Shown piece after piece: positions 60,778 through 64,000 of a stretch of DNA of 64,000 nt; the stretch's first letter is position 1; the number at the start of each line of letters is the position of its first letter. Below the pieces are notes generated by a model. That model did no database searches. It was not told where the DNA came from and was given only the letters and a program-made list of their open reading frames with translations. A program made the translations under genes and the position numbers. Source of the DNA: Hydrolagus affinis (taxonomy: Eukaryota); NCBI GenBank assembly GCA_012026655.1, contig JAAILG010000163.1, positions 1-64,000 of the forward strand. Direction: 5' to 3'.

Positions 60778-62374
60778 GCTCAGACCATTTTGAGCCAACG
60801 AATGCAGCTGAGTTGATAACACACACAAAAAAAACCCTTGCAATTCTGTGCCATTATACTGGCCCTGCTGATTTGCCCGTGACATGTCATTAACTTGATT
60901 TTGGTCTGTGTTTGGAAAAGTTGGGGGACACTCTCCTGTTAAATCCAAGAATCGCACGTTTGCACAGTGTAGATTTTAATATCTGGGAACCTAATGACCT
61001 GGCCTAGTAGCATACGTCAGCGCTAAACCACAAAGTAGCTACATCTGTTTTGGCTTTGTTCGAGATACTGAGGGAGGGGAAGCATTGCGTGGTCAGGGGC
61101 CAAACTGCATGTCATATTTCATTACCTTCATTAGCTGTTACAGAAGGGTCTATTATGAAGAGGATCGGAACCTCTGTTTAAAAAATAATTTAAACTTAGA
61201 AATCACAAAGTCAAGCACAAAATTGTTTGGGTAATGGAAAGATTATATTTTTTTCCGAAAACACTTTGGGTCTGTGCGCTGTGTTATGAGGTTGAATTGA
61301 AGGCACAACGCTAAAATGGATTGGGAGGTGTGTGTGTGTGTTTGCTTGTGTGTGTGAGAGAGAGTATTGCATGCTATAAGTATTGAACAATAAACTAGCT
61401 ACAGTACTTGTATTTATTTTGTCATTGACGTGTGTAGTGGCACAAAAAAGCCCTTGATTTAAATTGTAATCAAGTAGCCAAATAAGTCATTAACCCTTGA
61501 TTTTAGGGAGGGGGAACTGTTCAGAAGCAGACTTTGTAATTTGTTCCTAAGCCTCCAAATCGCCTTTTATTTATTGCTGCCATTTGCATGATAATTTTCA
61601 AACACGCTGTGTTCTCCTTGGGGACGTGGGGGAGTGGGGGGGCGGTGGGAATCAGAAACGAGAGAGAAAGGAGGCAGGGAGTTGTTGGGTGTGTATGTAT
61701 ATGTATGGAGGGGTGGGGGTGGTTGGCAGTGGGGGGGGTGTGGGGTGGGGGGAGGAGATTCCAAAGGAAATCTGTTGCGATTTACAGATATTAATTGTTT
61801 TTCAGCCAGTTGGACATTGCAACCTTCTGCACACCTGTGATTGCCATGTCGATTTTTTCCACTCCTGTTTGATTGCTATCCCCCTCTCGTTTGATGTATG
61901 AAGTTTTTATAACTATTCTGCCAAAATTCATCACAGGCACAATGTTGGACGTTTGCCAATAATTTATAGCAGTAGTCTGTCAGAAGTGTTTGTGGGAAGG
62001 TCCATTACTAACTTGCTTGTTGTTATGGTTCCAGGAGAAGACAACACATCAATCACTGGCTGAAAGATCCCAAATGCTCATCAGATTTACAGCATAATAA
62101 AATTACATTAAGGCGAAACTACCTGTAACTTATTCAGTAAGTTGCTTGGCCTCCCCCCCAAAAAAATGCGCGTTGAATACAATATTGCTGTGTCTTTATT
62201 TTGACTCTCATCAGCTGGAGATTGGAGGGCTGAATACATCTTTAAATCAAGTGAGAGTGGCATTTCGAGAGGGGTGGGGGTGGGGTGGTTGGGTAGCATG
62301 AACCGTGCATTTAATTCAGTCTTGTTACTGCATTTGCCTGAATTCCTTAGCAGGAATTCTGATCAGGGTTCTGA

Positions 62375-62490
62375 CCACAAAACACACCATCAATTCCCTT
62401 TACAGTGCATAGCACGAAGCGCTTTGAGACGTCTCAAAGTCACGATAAAATGCAATTTATTAAATCCAAGAGATATTATTATTATTATAA
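62375..62490 (+). mobile_element. SINE A 3' half
   Basis: ccacaaaacacaccatcaattccctttacagtg..gaagcgctttgagacgtctc..(att)n. Confidence 0.8.
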
Positions 62491-63492
62491 TCTGTACAAA
62501 GCCCTACTCTCAGCATCACAATTCCTGTTTTTTGTAGATGAGACGTTTATGATTATCATTGTGTAGCGATGGGGGCATCGCAGATTAAAAAAAGAAAAGG
62601 AAAGTATTTTCAGTATTGATTGCTTTTCTGATCTTAGGCACCTTAAGGACTGAAAAGGATCCGGGGAATATAATAAGACCAGGGACACAAGCAGCACAGG
62701 GGGGCATGACCTTTATTTGCAATCATAGCCGAGATTTACAGTTTATTACTGATAGCTTTCATAAAGAGCCATTCAGTTCCGAGGTGAGTGGTTTGTCATC
62801 TGGAAATGCAATTAACTTCATCCTTATCCCAATCCCTGGTCTAGATGTGAACAGCGCTCCAATAACATCACATTTTCCCTAATTTCATTTTATTCTCCCG
62901 GATCTATCCTTTGAGCATTAGTGGAGTTGCATAATTATTATCCATCCAAAATTGCCTAAAAAAAAGGCACTTGTGAATATTTTTTAAATTGATTACATGA
63001 TTGTCCGGGGTCATTGTGGCAGACACTTTCCTTTTCAATCATAAAAAGGGGGTGGGGGAAAAAAAGATAAGAAATAAACCTTCTGCAAGTTAATTTTTTT
63101 TAAAAATTCCATGCAGGTAAAAGAAATTAAGAGTTTGTGCGAAAGACAAAAAGAATGCCTGAGTGTTGGTGCAAGTGACACACTTCAAGGGAAGGGGTCA
63201 ACGCTGTAATCTGCCAGCTCACTCCCTGAAGCAATGTTCAGCATTATGTATGTTTTCTGTCTGCTAAGCGGGTCTGTAAGAATTTAAAAGCCAGATTCAA
63301 ATAGCCAATATGTTAGTATCTGAGCGAACATTCATCTGTTAATCTAAAGTCAGAAGTGTTTCTTTTTTTTACCAGGGGGGAAGAATTGTTTTATTTTTGT
63401 GCAAATGTTTCCATATTGTTTGGGGAAATAACTATCATTAATATTCACATTATCGAAAATAGCAAGTCTGTGACGTGTTGCAAATGATACTA

Positions 63493-63598
63493 AATAAATA
63501 ATAATCCATTGAGAAGCCTCAAATCGCTTCGCAGAATATACTGTAAAGTGAATTGACTATATTTTGTGGGAAAAATGCAGCAGTCCTTTACGCACAGT
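63493..63598 (-). mobile_element. SINE A 3' half
   Basis: aataataatcc..cgcttcgcagaatatactgtaaagtgaattgactatattttgtggg. Confidence 0.8.
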
Positions 63599-64000
63599 AT
63601 ACACGAAAGGTAAAATACTACCATTTCCGTTCAATTCGTCAATCGAAATGCACTTTCGATTTTATAATTAAGAATCATTTACGATCCTTTATATTTGCCT
63701 TTTATATTAAAAAAAACCCTTTGCTTTTTAATTTTAACAGCTTTACTTAAATTCTAATACCTTTTCCAATTAAACCTTAAATTTGTCAGTTAAAGCAATC
63801 AGTAAGAAGCACTGAAACTCAAGACCATAAAAAGTGATTATAATTTGCTAATGTCTTAACTGAAATTGGATTTGATAGTTTTTTTTGATAAGTTAATGAA
63901 GAATTGGCTGATTGTTGGAGTATTTTCATGTGTATTTTTTGGTAACAAGTATGTTGAAATTTAGCATAGCACATATAATGCAGAACTGAGACGTCAGTGC

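Noticed and set aside
1-64000. ORF-track entries as protein-coding genes
   Set aside because: All are 183 aa or shorter, many use non-ATG starts or run through microsatellites and SINEs, and none resembles a known protein apart from transposon relics
1-64000. CRISPR array or prokaryotic system
   Set aside because: Recurrent repeats are dispersed, on both strands and diverged (retroposons); no regular repeat-spacer array or operon-like ORFs

Overview
AT-rich, essentially non-coding vertebrate DNA. The repeat inventory points to a cartilaginous fish, probably a chimaera/elephant-shark-like holocephalan (inference). It comprises tRNA-headed SINEs with L2-type 3' hairpin tails, older Deu-domain SacSINE1/AmnSINE1-like SINEs, and short L2 and shark-type CR1 3' ends. 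No ORF in the supplied track is a credible intact gene. The window reads as a long intron or gene-desert segment of a neural/developmental locus. It has a candidate minus-strand non-coding first exon with stacked uORFs (46136-~46290) next to a CpG/E-box/octamer/CCAAT-rich promoter zone, a candidate second non-coding exon (20936-21056), a candidate plus-strand 108-nt exon (47581-47688), and a ~14 kb stretch free of the SINE/LINE tails seen elsewhere (45.1-59.3 kb). Most notable elements: a 133-bp insertion with an exact 11-bp target-site duplication carrying a minimal Penelope-type hammerhead ribozyme (13155-13309), a decayed Tc1/mariner-like transposase (~19.8-20.4 kb, minus), an ancient non-LTR RT relic (~24.8-25.7 kb), and repeated nesting of L2 tails and young SINEs inside older SINEs. 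All family assignments are by eye from recalled consensus motifs; no database searches were run, and repeat boundaries are approximate.
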